Shown here piece by piece: positions 26,717 through 35,274 of a DNA stretch of 64,000 nt; within the stretch, counting starts at the first letter, position 1; every line of letters starts with the position of its first letter. Origin of the DNA: a virus (lineage: Duplodnaviria > Caudoviricetes); IMG/VR virus record IMGVR_UViG_3300033074_002135, positions 6,445 through 70,444 of that record, one strand, 5' to 3'. Below the pieces are notes generated by a model. That model saw only the letters and a list, made by a program, of their open reading frames with translations. It was not told where the DNA came from and did no database searches. Position numbers and translations under genes: made by a program.

Positions 26717-27913
26717 TCAGAACGTGTCGGGGTTCGTGCTGCCCTGCAGCGCGACGTCGGGTTGCAGGCTCGAGGCGACGACGAGCCCGAGGGTTGTGCG
26801 AAGCACCTGCAGCGACTCAGCAACGACGTCGCCCGCGGGGCTGAGGATCTCATCGCCGGTGACGAGCAGGCCGGGGACCATGCGCAGCGCCGAGACCAGA
26901 TCTGCGACGACCAGCGAGCTACCGGGTGCGAGGGAGTTGATCGCGTTGACGACGCGGGTGCGCGCCTGAAACGCGGTTGCGTCGACGTTCACTCCCGCGC
27001 GGAAGCGCAGCCCGAGCTGCACCGACTGCAGCACGACCTGACCGATCCGCACATCGACGTAGATGCCGCCAGCCCTCGTATCCTCGAGCGCCTGGAAGAC
27101 CTGCGCCGCCAAGAGCGCGCTCTGCGCGGCGTAGAGAGGCGGCGTGACTTGTCCGACCAGCGCGTCGGTGAACCTGTCGGAGATCACAAGCTGCAGCGTC
27201 TTGGCGGGGCGCCCGAACTCATCCAGCACCTCGAAGGCGGTCGCCGTCTGGACGCCTGGGACGTTCAGCGCCGCGGCTCTGATGGCAGCGAGCGTTCCGC
27301 GGCGCGCGGTCTCGAAGACCAGACGAGCTCGAGCTCGGTACTCGTCGTCGTTCTCACGATCTGCGGCGCCCGCGCTTGCCAGCGGGTTCGTCACCGCGAG
27401 ATCTCCGGGGGCGCCCGCGATGCCTCCCGACACCGCGTTGATCGTATTGGCGCCGACCTGCTGGTCGAAGCCCGCCTGCGCCGAGCGCGCCGCGACGACG
27501 ACGGGACCGGCCGAGCCCGCGGGGAACGTGGCGGCCGCGGTCGTGATGAACTGCCTGCCGTCGACGGTGGTCAGGCGTGTGCCCGCGGGGATGGCAAAGG
27601 CGCCGGGCGCGGGCGTCGTGGTCGTGAACGAGACCGACACCCAGGCAGGAGCTGCGTCCTTTCGGAGCAGGCCGAAGCGGTCGAAGATCAGGCGGTCGAG
27701 ACACTCGTCCTCGGCCGAGTCGAGGAAGAGGCCCTTCGCGACGCGCGCGAGCTGCGCGACGAGCTCGTCGCCGACAGCAGCTCCAGCAGCGACGAGCGCG
27801 TTGGTGTCGCTGCCCTCGCGCTCGACGACCTCGCGCGTGAGCAGGCGGTTGCGTGTGAGGATCTCGTCACGTGCGACGCGGAACAGATCCTCGAACGTGG
27901 GGAAGTCAGCCAT
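26717..27913 (-). CDS. Baseplate J-like wedge protein
   Basis: SAEDECLDRL, IPAGTRLTT, VTNPLASAGAADRENDDEYRAR, RGTLAAI..AALNVPGV. Confidence 0.9.
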   Translation of the reverse strand: MADFPTFEDLFRVARDEILTRNRLLTREVVEREGSDTNALVAAGAAVGDELVAQLARVAKGLFLDSAEDECLDRLIFDRFGLLRKDAAPAWVSVSFTTTTPAPGAFAIPAGTRLTTVDGRQFITTAAATFPAGSAGPVVVAARSAQAGFDQQVGANTINAVSGGIAGAPGDLAVTNPLASAGAADRENDDEYRARARLVFETARRGTLAAIRAAALNVPGVQTATAFEVLDEFGRPAKTLQLVISDRFTDALVGQVTPPLYAAQSALLAAQVFQALEDTRAGGIYVDVRIGQVVLQSVQLGLRFRAGVNVDATAFQARTRVVNAINSLAPGSSLVVADLVSALRMVPGLLVTGDEILSPAGDVVAESLQVLRTTLGLVVASSLQPDVALQGSTNPDTF

Positions 27914-27920
27914 CGTTTCC

Positions 27921-28727
27921 TCACAAGCCGACGATCGGCACTTCGAGGGTTGCATCCACCGGCGCGCTGCCGGCCGCTACGAGCACCGCCTGAACCCGCA
28001 CGGTCAAGACGGCGGCTGCGGTGTTGAAGGTGAGCTGCACGTCCGCAGTAGCGATCTCGGGCTCGTAGCTGAGCTGTCGACGGATCTCAGCGCGGAGCTT
28101 CTGCAGGTCTTGGAGCACCAGCGGCTCTTTCACTTGCAACCCGAGCCCGTAGTTCGGGAGGTGTGCGAAGCCTCCCGGCGTCGTCATAAGCCTGCGCAGC
28201 ACGAGCTTCTTGAGTAGCGCCTCGCCGCTGTGCGTCTCGTAGTCGCCCGCCGTCGTCACACGCAGGACCCCGCCGAGGCGGTCGGCCTCGTCGAACTGCG
28301 GGTTGGCGAGGTCGCGCGCGGCCGCTACGCCGGCCGCTACGGCCGGCGTCACGCCCAGGAAGGGCAGGAAGGCGGGGGAGTCGACCAAGGCCCCGCCCGC
28401 GTCGCGTAGCGCCGTGGCGGTGACCCTGAGCTCCTGCGGGTACGGGGGGAACGCCTCGAGCACGTACAGCTCGACCGTCTGCGGGCCGACCATCACCGCC
28501 CCGAGGACCGTGTACGTCCGCCCCGTCGCGGGGTGCGTGACGGTCCAGCTCGCTGGGTTGGTGGCGTCCCCCAGGCGCGTTGGGTTCCCCGCGCGCGCAG
28601 GACGCGAGAGCTCGACACGAACCGAGCGCGTTGAGTTCGCGTAAGCGGCGACGAGGTACAGCACCTCGACGCTGCCGAGGCCCCACGTTGAGAGCCCCCA
28701 TTGTCCCTGTCCCCAGCCCGGCATCAC
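27921..28727 (-). CDS. Baseplate gp25/gpW-like protein with N-terminal extension
   Basis: C-terminal RRLMTTPGGFAHLPNYGLGL..EIRRQLSYEPEI; N-terminal WG repeats. Confidence 0.8.
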   Translation of the reverse strand: MMPGWGQGQWGLSTWGLGSVEVLYLVAAYANSTRSVRVELSRPARAGNPTRLGDATNPASWTVTHPATGRTYTVLGAVMVGPQTVELYVLEAFPPYPQELRVTATALRDAGGALVDSPAFLPFLGVTPAVAAGVAAARDLANPQFDEADRLGGVLRVTTAGDYETHSGEALLKKLVLRRLMTTPGGFAHLPNYGLGLQVKEPLVLQDLQKLRAEIRRQLSYEPEIATADVQLTFNTAAAVLTVRVQAVLVAAGSAPVDATLEVPIVGL

Positions 28728-29371
28728 TCACCCTTGATCTTGGTCGAGAGGTACGTATTCGCGGCCTGCGAGAGCGCGAGCGCAGCCTCCTGCAACTTGG
28801 TGACGAAGGTAGCACCGTTCGCCCCGGTGAGGGGTGTGGACGGGGGTGACGGCGCGAGGGCTGCAGCAGCGGTGATGAGCGCGTTCGCGAAGTCGTTGAG
28901 GGCCGTGCGCAGATCCTCTCCGCGCACGAAGCTCTGGCTCGCGTTCTGCAGGAGGATCTGAGCGTCAGGCGTGGAGAGCTTGTAGCTCTTCCCCGACTTG
29001 GTTTTGATCACCACGTCTTCGACGATGTCATCGCCAGAGCCCGCCTCCGCGATCGGCGTGTCTGCTGCGTTCCACGCGCGCGCGATGACGAACGCTGCGG
29101 CGTCGGGGTCGCCGGGGATGGCGACGAGGACGGTGTCGTCCTTCTCGAGCGGGTAGTGCGCGCCGAAGTCCTTGCCTGCGTACGGGGTTGCGACGTAGGC
29201 CGTGAGCTCGTCACCGTCGGGCTGGAGCTGTACGTCGGCGAAGATCCCCTCGTCGGGGTCGAAGCCGACGTCGACGACCGTAGCCATCGCGATCCAGACA
29301 CGCGGGTCGATCCCCGGATACGAAGCTGCAGCGCCGAGCCGGCGCACATCGATCGATCTACGGGCGCTCAT
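28724..29371 (-). CDS. Baseplate spike (gpV/gp45-like, OB fold)
   Basis: PYAGKDFGAHYPLEKDDTVLVAIPGDP..AFVIAR. Confidence 0.8.
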   Translation of the reverse strand: MSARRSIDVRRLGAAASYPGIDPRVWIAMATVVDVGFDPDEGIFADVQLQPDGDELTAYVATPYAGKDFGAHYPLEKDDTVLVAIPGDPDAAAFVIARAWNAADTPIAEAGSGDDIVEDVVIKTKSGKSYKLSTPDAQILLQNASQSFVRGEDLRTALNDFANALITAAAALAPSPPSTPLTGANGATFVTKLQEAALALSQAANTYLSTKIKGE

Positions 29372-31170
29372 GAGCCACCTCGGCGAAGGCGCTCGGCGCC
29401 TGCAACGCCGCGCACCTCGAGCGTCGGCGTGGTGATGGGGCGGCCGGGGGCGAGCTGCGGGAAGTTCGGATCGCCGGCGCGGCCGACGTCGTTGCGCGCG
29501 ACCACGTAGTTCTGGAAGTCGAAGCCGATCTGCACGCCGGTGTCGCTCCACGTGTACGTGACCGAGGAGACGCGGAAGAAGCGCTGCATCTCTTGGATCT
29601 GACCGCGGCTGGTAGCGGCGATGACGCGCGCGAGGTTCTCGTCACCGATGCGCTCTTGGATCTGAGCGACGAGCTCCTCGAAGCTCACGCGCTCGTGCTC
29701 GGTGAACGACGAGGCGAGTGGCGACTGCGGCGTCATTGCGCGCACGTCGGTCAAGAACTCGATGCCGTCGCCGGGCTTGAGGCGCAGCAGGTCGGCGTCG
29801 GCGTTCGTGCCTCCGAAGGACGCGAGGTTGCGCGTGGTGCAGCTTCCGCCGAGCTCACCACGCGCGATCTCCTCGTAGATGGCGCGTGCGATGTCGACGA
29901 GGCGTTCGGGGTCACGCACGCCCGCCACAGGGATATTGATCCCATCCTGCTGCGCAGCTTTCGCGCCTGGCGCGACTCGGTGGCGTCGTGTTCCTTCGGG
30001 CGCCGTGCGCGGCGGCCAGAAGCCCTGCAGCACTCGGCCCTGCCCTCGAGCTGCGCTCGAGGTATCGACACCGACCGCACGCACGATCTTCGGACGAGCC
30101 ATGCCGCCCATCTTGCGATCGAAGCTCACGGAGAGGATGTCGCGGCCGTACACGAGGCGGCGAAACCTGAGCGGCGGGTCGATGGGCGCTCCCGAGAGCG
30201 CATCACGCGAGCGCGGGCGGCCGCCCGCGAACGGCGTAGGGTTCAGTGCAGTGCCCGCGTTGGCTTGGTCGAAGATCGACCTGCTCGGGCGGATGAGAAG
30301 CTGTGTCCCCTGGAAGTACGGGATCGCTCCAACCAGATAGCAGAACTTCACGATCGCATCCCAGAAGCTCATGTTCGCGGAGCCGCCGGGGGAGCTGACG
30401 CGGCCGGTGTTGTTTCCTCGAGCACCACGTCGGTTGCGTGGAAGGATGCTCGGGTCGCCGACGACGGGGATGGCGCCGTTCGGCCACTCTGCCGGGTTCA
30501 CGACGACCGAGAAGTCACCGAAGAGCGGGTTGTAGCTGAGGAGCTCTTCGATGAGCGCGTTGATCGGCTTCGTGATATCCAGCGACGAGAGGATGCGCGT
30601 TGCGATCTTCGGGTCGTTGGTGAGCGGTGTGTCGAGCAAGATGCCGCGCATGTCTCGACCGCGGAGCGACACCTCCGATCCCGCGTTCTCATGGCGCACC
30701 GACCACTCGTCGACGAGCCCGACGAGGATCAGTGTCTCTTGGTTGGGCTGCCCCGCTGCGTCGCGCGTGGAGAGGACCGACGACCGCGTGCCGTTGGCGT
30801 TCGGACCGCGCATCCCCCGCGCGAAGTCGTCGCTCGAGACGGCGCCCTGATGAATCTCTACCGCAGCAGAGCGGACCGTGCGTGGGTCGATCGGCATGTC
30901 TCGGAAGTCGAAGACGAAGTCGAACTGCCCCGCCTGCCGGTAGCCGGGAAGCGAGACAGATCCGCTCTTCGGCAGACGCCCGAGCACGAAGCTCACGTTC
31001 TCTGCGCCGCGCCGCAGGATCAGCGGTTGCGGCTGAACGGACCCCGGACCTGAAGGCGGGTCCTCGACCATCTCTTCGACAGATCGCGGAGTGACCTCGG
31101 GCTGGAGGTGCAACGACTCGTCGAACTTCAGCTTGAAGTTGACGACGCACGACGGGTAGAACGTCGGCAT
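29368..31170 (-). CDS. Baseplate hub (gpD/gp27-like)
   Basis: LVGLVDEW..VSLRGRD..GIL; position between LysM protein and spike. Confidence 0.75.
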   Translation of the reverse strand: MPTFYPSCVVNFKLKFDESLHLQPEVTPRSVEEMVEDPPSGPGSVQPQPLILRRGAENVSFVLGRLPKSGSVSLPGYRQAGQFDFVFDFRDMPIDPRTVRSAAVEIHQGAVSSDDFARGMRGPNANGTRSSVLSTRDAAGQPNQETLILVGLVDEWSVRHENAGSEVSLRGRDMRGILLDTPLTNDPKIATRILSSLDITKPINALIEELLSYNPLFGDFSVVVNPAEWPNGAIPVVGDPSILPRNRRGARGNNTGRVSSPGGSANMSFWDAIVKFCYLVGAIPYFQGTQLLIRPSRSIFDQANAGTALNPTPFAGGRPRSRDALSGAPIDPPLRFRRLVYGRDILSVSFDRKMGGMARPKIVRAVGVDTSSAARGQGRVLQGFWPPRTAPEGTRRHRVAPGAKAAQQDGINIPVAGVRDPERLVDIARAIYEEIARGELGGSCTTRNLASFGGTNADADLLRLKPGDGIEFLTDVRAMTPQSPLASSFTEHERVSFEELVAQIQERIGDENLARVIAATSRGQIQEMQRFFRVSSVTYTWSDTGVQIGFDFQNYVVARNDVGRAGDPNFPQLAPGRPITTPTLEVRGVAGAERLRRGGS

Positions 31171-32270
31171 CAGCAAGCCCTCGGAGCGGTGCCTACGGTG
31201 AAGCGCGGGATCAGAAGATGCTGGCCTCGCTGCAGCACCGACGTCGTGAGGTTGTTGAACTCCATGATCCGACGCCACTCGAACGGCGAGCCGTAGTACG
31301 TCTCGGCGATGGCACGCAGATCCTCCCCGTCACGCGCAACGTGCGTGCCCACGAGCTCGTCGCGGAGCTGCCGCAGGAACACCGCGCGCTGCCCGACCGC
31401 TGCGTCCCTCAGAACGCGCGTGCGGCGGAGCAGCTCGCGGACGTAGATCTCGGCACCGAGCTTCTCTTGGAAGAGCAACCCACCGATCGCAGCTCCGACG
31501 TTGAGATACGCTGCAGCCTCGGCCTTGAGGAAGGCCGCCAGCTCGGCGCAGCGGAAGACCAAGTTGCTCACAGTCGCGATCGCTCTACGAACTGCGTCGA
31601 CGGGCGTGAGCGCCGTGCGTGCGAGGTTCGCGGCGGTGTCGAACAGCTCGTTCACGAACCCATCGATGTCCTCGAGGTAGCCCTGCAAGAGCTGCTGGTA
31701 TCCGGGGCTCGTCGGGAACGGAGCCTCGGCTTCAGCCTGCAGGTCCGTGTTGAGCTGCTGGAGCGTTCCGACGGCGTCGCCAAGAGACGCGTCGATCACA
31801 ACCACGACCGGCGCGATGGCGTCTCCGCGCGAGATCCAGTCGAAGGTCATCGTCCACTGCAGGTCGCGCGTCGTCGTCCACGACTTCTCGAACGAGGTCA
31901 GGTGGCCGTGGCGTGTTGTCAGATCCCAAGTCACCTCGAGCAGTCGCCCCGAGCGCACGAGCTCGTCCACGATCTCCGCAGCTTCGCGGACGTTCGTGAT
32001 GTCGCTTCCCGCGAACGTGATGGCTCCCGGCTCCCCGATGAACTTGTCCTTCCACATCCCTTGGATGGTGGTCGGCTCCTCGGCCGCGCCGAGGACCGTA
32101 GCGGTCGCCACGGGGTTGCCGGGGTACCACGTCATCTCGACGCGCTGCTTGGTCTTCAGCGTGTAGGGACGGTACGGGAGTCCGCGGCCGGTGAGCGCGA
32201 GCGCGCGTTGGTTGCCCGTGATCTCTCGGATCGTGAACGAGCTGCCGGTGTCGACTACTTCAGAGGTCAC
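31170..32270 (-). CDS. Tail tube initiator with C-terminal LysM domain
   Basis: HVARDGEDLRAIAETYYGSPFEWRRIMEFNNL..LQRGQHLLIP. Confidence 0.85.
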   Translation of the reverse strand: MTSEVVDTGSSFTIREITGNQRALALTGRGLPYRPYTLKTKQRVEMTWYPGNPVATATVLGAAEEPTTIQGMWKDKFIGEPGAITFAGSDITNVREAAEIVDELVRSGRLLEVTWDLTTRHGHLTSFEKSWTTTRDLQWTMTFDWISRGDAIAPVVVVIDASLGDAVGTLQQLNTDLQAEAEAPFPTSPGYQQLLQGYLEDIDGFVNELFDTAANLARTALTPVDAVRRAIATVSNLVFRCAELAAFLKAEAAAYLNVGAAIGGLLFQEKLGAEIYVRELLRRTRVLRDAAVGQRAVFLRQLRDELVGTHVARDGEDLRAIAETYYGSPFEWRRIMEFNNLTTSVLQRGQHLLIPRFTVGTAPRAC

Positions 32271-32273
32271 AGA

Positions 32274-34088
32274 TCACCTCACGCCGAAGAGCGGCTCGAA
32301 GCCGGACTGAAGACGCTGCTCACCAAGCCGGCCGATGTCCGACGCAAAGGCCGTCGCGATACGGTCGGGGTCGAAGCCCTCCTCGAACTTCTGTTGGATC
32401 TCGAACCGGCTATAGCGGAAGTCCTGCACCGTCCGGCCGCCGCCCCGATGGTGTGGGGTGGTTCGATTGGCCGCGCCGTCTTCTCCGCCGAGCGTACGGG
32501 CGGGGCTGTCTCCCGTGATGCGCGCGAGGAAGTCTGCGAGCCCCTCGCGCATCAGTCGCGTGTTTTCGCGCGTCTCCTCAGAGACAGACCCGCGGACCAG
32601 CTCCCAGCCCTTGCGGATCAGGTCTGCGTCATTGCCGGGCGACATCGCAGCAAGAAACTCAGCGGGGTCGAAGTTGTCGGCGATCCACTGGACAAGCTCG
32701 GCAAGGGACTCGAAGGCTGGGACAAGCCAGTCGGCGGTGACTTCGTACAGCGTCAGGAAACCCTCGCCGATGAACGCTACGACCGGCGCGAGGAAGTCGA
32801 TGATCTTCGAGACGATGGTTCCGATCGCCTCCCCGAGCTTCGAGAAGGCGGGCTTGAGGCGCTGTAGGATCTCCCCGGTGACCGAGGCGACACCCGTGAT
32901 GAAGCGCCACACGTGGCCGACGACGACCACGAAACTGTCGATGACGGGTGCGAGTGCCGAAGCGAGCCCGTTCGCCATCCCGACAAGCCCGTCGAAGATA
33001 GCGATCGCCGGGCCGACGACTCGCTCGGTGTCGGTGAAGATGCCCGCTGCACCGCTGTAGATCGCGTCGATGGCTGCGAAGAGCGGGTTCGAGTCCAACG
33101 AGCTGATCAGCCTGACGGCGTTCTCTCCGATCCAAGACACGGCGCCCGCCATACGCTCGAGCCCAGCACCGACCCAGCTACCCAGCATGTTGCCAAGCTC
33201 GACCACCGTCTTCGCCATGTGCGTGAGCTTGCCGTCGCCGTCTTGGAAGGCGCCGGTGAGCGTCGACACGGCGCTCTTGATCCCCTCGAACATCTGCGTA
33301 CTCGAGAGGCGTGCGACGGTCTTGAGGGTGCTTGCTGCGGCGCCGGAGATGGAATCCCAGGTGTTGCCGGCCGCTTGGATCATATCGTCGTACTGCGCGA
33401 CGACGCGCTCCATGAGCACTGCACGCTTCTCGAGCTTGAGCTTGTTGAACTGCGCGACGGTGATGTGCGCGTACTCGGGCAAGTTGCGCATCGCGTTCAT
33501 GAGCGACTGCGCGTACATCGACCCTTGATCGAGCAAGCCGCGCTGCGCGTCGAGCGCCTGCTCGAGCAGCATCGCGGTCTCCCCGCCGCTGTGGCCGATC
33601 GAGATGCCGACCGCGGTCATCTTCTCGATGAGCGAGTAGGATCGCTCGAAGTCGCCAACGGCTCGGTTCACATGCACGCCGGCCTGTGACATGGCGATCG
33701 TGTAGTCGCCTGCCTCGCCGGGGAGGCGCGCAGCCGACGACTCGATGCGCGCGACCATCGTCGCAGCGTCGGCGAGCGCGCTCTCGAACGACCCAGACGA
33801 CACGCCGATGAAGCGTAGCGTCTGGGCCATCTTGAGTTGGATCTGCTCGAAGGACGAGTTGACGCCGACGAGCGCGTGCGTCCCGAAGGCGGCCATCCCC
33901 GCGCCGATCGCCATATGCAGCGGCGAGAGCATGTGCACGACCTGGGAAGCCGCCATGGTGGCCGCGAGGCCGACCTTGCCGAGCGACCCGGAGACCTTGC
34001 CCATGGTCCCCAAGAACGCGGAGGCGCCCTCGAGCGCGAGCTCGAGGATCGACTTCTGCCTGACTTCCTGGGGGTTCTCGTCGCTCAT
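32274..34088 (-). CDS. Tape measure protein (604 aa)
   Basis: Ala/Gly-rich amphipathic helices; follows the chaperone genes. Confidence 0.8.
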   Translation of the reverse strand: MSDENPQEVRQKSILELALEGASAFLGTMGKVSGSLGKVGLAATMAASQVVHMLSPLHMAIGAGMAAFGTHALVGVNSSFEQIQLKMAQTLRFIGVSSGSFESALADAATMVARIESSAARLPGEAGDYTIAMSQAGVHVNRAVGDFERSYSLIEKMTAVGISIGHSGGETAMLLEQALDAQRGLLDQGSMYAQSLMNAMRNLPEYAHITVAQFNKLKLEKRAVLMERVVAQYDDMIQAAGNTWDSISGAAASTLKTVARLSSTQMFEGIKSAVSTLTGAFQDGDGKLTHMAKTVVELGNMLGSWVGAGLERMAGAVSWIGENAVRLISSLDSNPLFAAIDAIYSGAAGIFTDTERVVGPAIAIFDGLVGMANGLASALAPVIDSFVVVVGHVWRFITGVASVTGEILQRLKPAFSKLGEAIGTIVSKIIDFLAPVVAFIGEGFLTLYEVTADWLVPAFESLAELVQWIADNFDPAEFLAAMSPGNDADLIRKGWELVRGSVSEETRENTRLMREGLADFLARITGDSPARTLGGEDGAANRTTPHHRGGGRTVQDFRYSRFEIQQKFEEGFDPDRIATAFASDIGRLGEQRLQSGFEPLFGVR

Positions 34089-34234
34089 CCGTCCGTCTCC
34101 ATCGAGCTTCGGTGTGCGTCGTTCTCTTCAGCGATCAGCTTTCCAACCGAGCGGCTGAGGAGCATCGCGTCTGTGATTGGCATGGCTAGAACGTCTGCGG
34201 CGCGCTGGTGGCCGTACCGTCCGAGGAAGGCCAC
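34085..34234 (-). CDS. Tail assembly chaperone C-terminal ORF (possibly reached by frameshift)
   Basis: FLGRYGHQ..VLAMPI..; the frame is open to 34420 and overlaps the upstream chaperone; ATGA overlap with TMP. Confidence 0.55.
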   Translation of the reverse strand: MAFLGRYGHQRAADVLAMPITDAMLLSRSVGKLIAEENDAHRSSMETDG

Positions 34235-34302
34235 GAGGTCGAAGATCTGTTCGCGTCGGTTGCCCTCGCGCGCGAGTGCGAGCGCGAGGTCCCCGAACGT
34301 GA

Positions 34303-34677
34303 TCAGACGCGAACTTCGTGGCTCTGGAGAAAAGCGGCGGAGTCCTCGAGCGTCGGCTGGTGGACTCGGTTGTACGCCTGGAGGATGAGAAGGCGCACGG
34401 GAGGCTTCAGCTTCTCCCACAGCGTGTCGACGGAGCCGTCGAAGACCGACACCTTGCGCCCGTCGACCATGCGCAGGGATTCCTTGGTGAGCTCGTAGGC
34501 GAGCGCGGCAGGGTCGCCGTGCGCGCGCTTGGTCACCGTGAGCTCTTCGGACCCCCAGAGCTCGACGATGCCGATGACCTTGATCCCGCTCTCCGCCGCG
34601 AGCTTGGGCGGGATCTTGAAGACGTGCAGCGGGCGTGACTCCCGCTCTTCCTTGCGTGCTGCGAGCTGTTCTTCCAT
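34303..34677 (-). CDS. Tail assembly chaperone
   Basis: Between tube and tape measure genes; 124 aa. Confidence 0.75.
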   Translation of the reverse strand: MEEQLAARKEERESRPLHVFKIPPKLAAESGIKVIGIVELWGSEELTVTKRAHGDPAALAYELTKESLRMVDGRKVSVFDGSVDTLWEKLKPPVRLLILQAYNRVHQPTLEDSAAFLQSHEVRV

Positions 34678-34714
34678 CGGTTGCCCCCGATCTTTCTACG
34701 TTGCTGTGTTTGGT

Positions 34715-35146
34715 TCAGACGATCACGCTCGCGGTGGCTCCCTCGAAGTCGAGGGAGACCGAGCCGTAGTCCGAGCGCGATCCGAAGTTGAGCGGCAGAC
34801 TTCCGAACTCGACGGCCGGGATGAGGATCCGCGGGCGGTCGCCGTTCGGGAAGTTGAGCGTGGCCTTGATGTTGATCTGCGAACCCGGCGTGCGTCGGCG
34901 CGCCTTGTTCACCACCTCGAAGAAGAAGTCGAGAAACTCGCGACTCTCGACGTGCGCCTCCATGCGACCCTGCACGCCGTTGAAGATCGCATCGCGGCGG
35001 TTCGTGGTCTCGCCGAGGTAGCCCTCGGACATGATCTCGTGCTGGAGCGTGATCTCGAACGAGCGAATGGCGAAGAGGGACGCGCGCGGGCGGCCGTCCG
35101 AGATGATCAGCACTTCGACTTCCTGACCCTTGATTCTCTGACCCAT
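34715..35146 (-). CDS. Tail tube protein
   Basis: GGAGGAG RBS; follows sheath; beta-rich 143 aa. Confidence 0.8.
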   Translation of the reverse strand: MGQRIKGQEVEVLIISDGRPRASLFAIRSFEITLQHEIMSEGYLGETTNRRDAIFNGVQGRMEAHVESREFLDFFFEVVNKARRRTPGSQINIKATLNFPNGDRPRILIPAVEFGSLPLNFGSRSDYGSVSLDFEGATASVIV

Positions 35147-35274
35147 GATCTCCTCCAAAGACAGAAGGCCGGTGAACGTGGTGTGTTCACCGGCCCTATT
35201 CTGCTGCCGCAGCGAAGCCGCTGCGTGGGCCTACCCCACGCCGACCTCAAAACTATCGTGTGGCCCTCAGACCG

